The notes beneath the pieces are model-generated. The model worked only from the letters and a program-made list of their open reading frames with translations. It was not told the DNA's origin and did no database searches. 64,000 nucleotides of DNA. It comes from Oikopleura dioica (lineage: Eukaryota > Animalia > Chordata). Location of the stretch: the NCBI GenBank assembly GCA_907165135.1, contig OU015567.1:13206001-13270000 (forward strand), in the 5' to 3' direction. Of this stretch, positions 57,860 through 64,000 are shown one piece after another; within the stretch, counting starts at the first letter, position 1, and each line of letters starts with the position of its first letter. A program made the position numbers and the translations under genes.

Positions 57860-59308
57860 TTAGATCATGGCAGCTTTGAGATTCTCGGCGAGCTTGTCCA
57901 AGAATTCGAAAGTGTTGAGATAGTCGGCCCTGGTGACTTTGGACGCGTCGCCGTTCTTGGTGCAAATGGCGAGATCCTTGGTCATGAAGCCGCTCTCGAT
58001 GGTCGAGATGCAGACCTTTTCAAGAGTGGCGCAGTAATTGGCAAGGGCTTCGTTCTTGTCGAGTTTTGCGCGGTGTTCGAGTCCTCGAGTCCAGGCGAAG
58101 ATAGAGGCTAGAATCATTGTTACAACGAAAGAAAGAGAGAAACTTACCAATTGGATTCGTGGAAGTTTCTTTTCCAGCCTGGTGAGCTCTGTAATGTCGA
58201 GTAACAGTTCCATGAGCAGCTTCGGATTCGACAGTCTTTCCGTCGGGACAGACGAGCACGGAAGTCATCAAACCCAAGGAGCCATAACCTGAAAAGTTGA
58301 CGGGAAAAAGATTACAAGAGTGTTGTACCTTGGGCGACAGAGTCAGATTGCACATCACCGTCGTAGTTTTTGCAAGCCCAGACGAATTGGCCGCTGGATT
58401 TGAGAGCGTAAGCGACCATATCGTCGATAAGTCGGTGCTCGTACCAAATTCCTTTTTCCTCGAAAGTCGACTTGAACTCGGCCTCGTAGACTTCGGCGAA
58501 AATGTCCTGGAGGATTTTTATAAAAGGAGCGTTGGAAAAGCGACAAAACCTTGAATCTGCCATCATATTTCTTGAGGATAGTGTTCTTGGTCGAAAGATA
58601 GAGGGGCCAGCCACGACCAGACGCGAAAATCATGCAACTTCGTGCGAAATCCCGAATGGATTTGTCAGTGTTGTACATGCCCATGGCAACTCCACCATCT
58701 TCGTACTTGTAAATGGTCTAAAAAGAGGGTATCGTTTTAGTTGGTTTCTGAAATGTTGAATTTACGTGTTGAATAGGGGCAGATCCATCGTCTGGCTGGA
58801 AAGTCATTGTAAGGGTTCCGGCCTTGGGAATGACCAGATCGGTAGCTTTGTACTGATCAGCATGGGCATGGCGACCGACGACGATGGAGTGATTCCAGGT
58901 GGTAACGAGTCGGGGGACGTTTGAGCAGAGAATTGGCTCACGGAAGACGGTGCCGCCGAGGATATTTCGAATCGTTCCGTTTGGAGATCTCCACATTTTC
59001 TGAGCCGTTCACATTTTATATTTATAAGTGAAAATTACCTTGAGACCGAACTCCTCGACTCTCTTCTCATCAGGAGTAATTGTGGCGCATTTGATTCCGA
59101 CTCCGTATTTCTTGATGGCTTCAGCGCAGTCGACAGTGATCTGGTCATCAGTTTCATCTCTCTTCTGGATGGAAAGATCGTAAAAGTGAAGATTCTCTCC
59201 GAAATCAATGTAGGGCAGAATGAGCTTCTCCTTGATCAAGTCCCAAATGATTCTGGTCATTTCATCTCCCTGAATCTCGACAACGGGTCCGCACGTGATC
59301 TTGGACAT
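57860..59308 (-). CDS. IDH1: NADP-dependent isocitrate dehydrogenase (cytosolic type)
   Basis: [74 protein letters not shown]. No mitochondrial presequence. Confidence 0.97.
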
Positions 59309-60086
59309 TTTCACAGTTTTTTTCGATTTTCTGAAAATGAAAAAGTGAAATAAAAAAGAGGGGTCCGAGAGAACACCGTGGCCGAAGGCAGGAATAAATA
59401 TTACACACGATATGTAACGACCGGGGGTGTTGTTGTTCAAAGTAGAGGTTAACTCAGTTTATATTCTAAATAGGTCAAAATAAGGATTTTTTGAAAAAGA
59501 TTCTTCGACAAAAATGTTACTTTCATAATTAAATATATTTTTCAAAGCTATGAATTAATAATGATAAGCAGTAAATTGTTTCAAAATTTCAAAATATTTC
59601 TTTTAAATATTTTTCAATAAAATAATTCGATTGAGTTTCTAAAAATCAAGATCTAATGAAAAAAATAATTTGGATTTTCCAAGAAGCGCTTATCTAAGAT
59701 TACGCAACCAGAGAACAAAATTCTGGCGCCGATTGATACCATAAATAACCAGAAATCGCCCCTCTTCTGATCTTTTTTCCTTTTCTTTTCTTTTGAAATC
59801 TCTGTTGTAAATCTCTTTACTTTATGGTGACTAAGAGTTGAGTCTGCTCAGATCGCGCCGCCCACTCAATCGCGAAATTTTCGCGAAAACGCTCGAGCTC
59901 TCCTTTTTTCGCGCGCAGATTTTTCGTTGTTTCGACTCGAAAAACGGAATTATCTTTTTTTCAACAAGGAGACCATAAAAAGCCTTTTTTACTGACGAAA
60001 AAGAGAGTTCCGTTGGGATTTGAATCTGAGCCAATAAGAAAGAAAGAAAAAAGAGAAAAGTAGCACTAGAAAAACGTTCTTCCACG

Positions 60087-62541
<2,455 letters not shown>

Positions 62542-62964
62542 TTTCCGCTCTAGAAACGCTTAGTAGCTCGAAATATCCTAAATCTCGCAGGTCCACGTCG
62601 TAAAGTGACCACCTTGAAACTAGCAACAGGGACGAGCCAGGCGATCCCCGAGGAAAGCGAGGAATTACCCAACAAAAGTAGCCATTTTTCAATTTTGCAC
62701 TGTCGCTCAAATATCTGATTAATCCCTGTTGATTTATGCCTTAAATTAGATCAGAATATGGTGGAATAATAACTTTATTTTCTTGATATTTCTTGTTCCT
62801 TTTCGCAGGTTGCATTAAATTGGAAGCTTTGCATCGACAAAAACGATCACCATGGCGTTCGCCGTTGTCGGTTTTTCCCGTAACCGCCGGCAAAAGTTGA
62901 AACTCAAGACGAAACGGGATTATCCCCCGCGCATAGGACGCCCTACCGCAAGAAAAATTACATA

Positions 62965-64000
62965 ATGAAGGTGATTGAGGGCTTTCAAGCAAAAAATACA
63001 GCTGCTGTTTTATTCGCAGGGGCAATATTGTGCATTTTTGTGCAGCTGAATGTCTCAGAGATACAGATAGAGTTACTGAATGCATCTGTAAAACCTGCTT
63101 ATCATGAGCAAACAGAGTTGCCGAGGGGTTCTTTACAGAAATACCCCGAGAAGAGGAAAGAAACGGAAAGTATAGAACAAGTGACAGTTGCAATCATGAC
63201 GACAGTGACTGCGTCGACAGAAACGAACAAGCGATTAGCCGTTATGGAGAAGTTAGAGTTTGAGCCTCAGAGAACGGCAGATGACGCTGATGAAGATGAT
63301 ATCTTCCCGGAGCTTCATATTGAAGAGCTCGAGGAAGAAATCGACCCGACAGAAGCACCAACTGAAGCTCCGGCAATTCAGTCAAGGGTGTCGCAAATCT
63401 TGCAAAACTTATCTCTAAATTATCCTTCTTTTTGACATCTTGTTATAAGAACTCTGTTCGTTTAGCCTGCCCGAACTTTACAATCGCCTGGGAAGACTCG
63501 ATAACACCAAAGTTCAACTTGAGGAAGGGTCACTTCCTGACCGCAGCATTCTCTTATGGACCGAACAATCAGCTCCGCGGTTTTCGTGAAACTGTAATGC
63601 TCGCAATTATTACGAATAGAACGTTAATTGTTCCTCCTTTTTACAAACACGGGCGTAATGATAAGTTGGCGGTAGAGGAGCCAATTGCTCAGCCAAGCTT
63701 GCGGGTCGACATCAAATCTCTTCGAGAGCTCATCCCTGTCGTCGACGGACATAAAGTTGCCAACACCTGCGATTATGCTTTCGATGCTCTCTTCATGGCA
63801 GGCAAAAATTACTGCAAAGATGGAAAGTTGAAGAGCATCGCTGACTTCACTGGATTTTTCAAATTTGGACCGATGCAGCTTGCTAAGAATACTGGAAAAC
63901 ATGATTGTTCAGTTAGAGTTCCTACTTATCCCACAGGCGTCGACTCGATGAAGAAGCCTTTGAGATATTCTCAGAACCATACGATGATCGCGGAGCTCTA
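62965..64000 (+). CDS. Type II membrane GDP-fucose protein O-fucosyltransferase family member (partial, runs off the window)
   Basis: N-terminal signal anchor AAVLFAGAILCIFVQL and acidic stem; after a GT-AG intron, YGPNNQLRGFRETVMLAIITNRTLIVPPF (O-FucT motif). Confidence 0.75.

Overview
Compact, intron-rich animal genomic DNA, not prokaryotic. Introns are mostly 30-70 nt and include GA-AG and GC-AG types. Genes are tightly co-oriented, with TTTCAG-type acceptors just upstream of start codons. By inference this is a larvacean tunicate such as Oikopleura. About 24 protein-coding genes were reconstructed by hand from the ORF track plus splice signals. From left to right: a Cys-repeat/mucin/TSP1 gene; a single-pass membrane protein; an intronless tandem-bHLH protein ending in WRPW; a minus-strand array NHE6/7/9 > KLHDC1/2-like > EEPD1 > Dicer; an SLC25 carrier; a long minus-strand array IDH1, GTF2A1, MTPAP-like, OTUD3, DEPDC5, VKORC1, LAP3, unknown, UBE2L3, GIPC, WDR26, TMED2; MAPKAPK2; and a partial O-fucosyltransferase. 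An intronless Wnt11-like gene is nested antisense in a DEPDC5 intron. Eight non-autonomous DNA-transposon derivatives were found, six of them in introns. Highlights: (1) a 950-bp foldback element whose target-site duplication duplicates a GIPC 3' splice acceptor; (2) a double-bHLH-WRPW repressor reminiscent of nematode REF-1; (3) a Dicer with both RNase III sites intact but a degenerate helicase and dsRBD; (4) the nested Wnt, which has lost index-finger cysteines; (5) an apparently nuclease-dead EEPD1. Family assignments rest on remembered motifs, not database searches, and exon boundaries are manual. No rRNA, tRNA, SL-RNA or CRISPR array was recognised.
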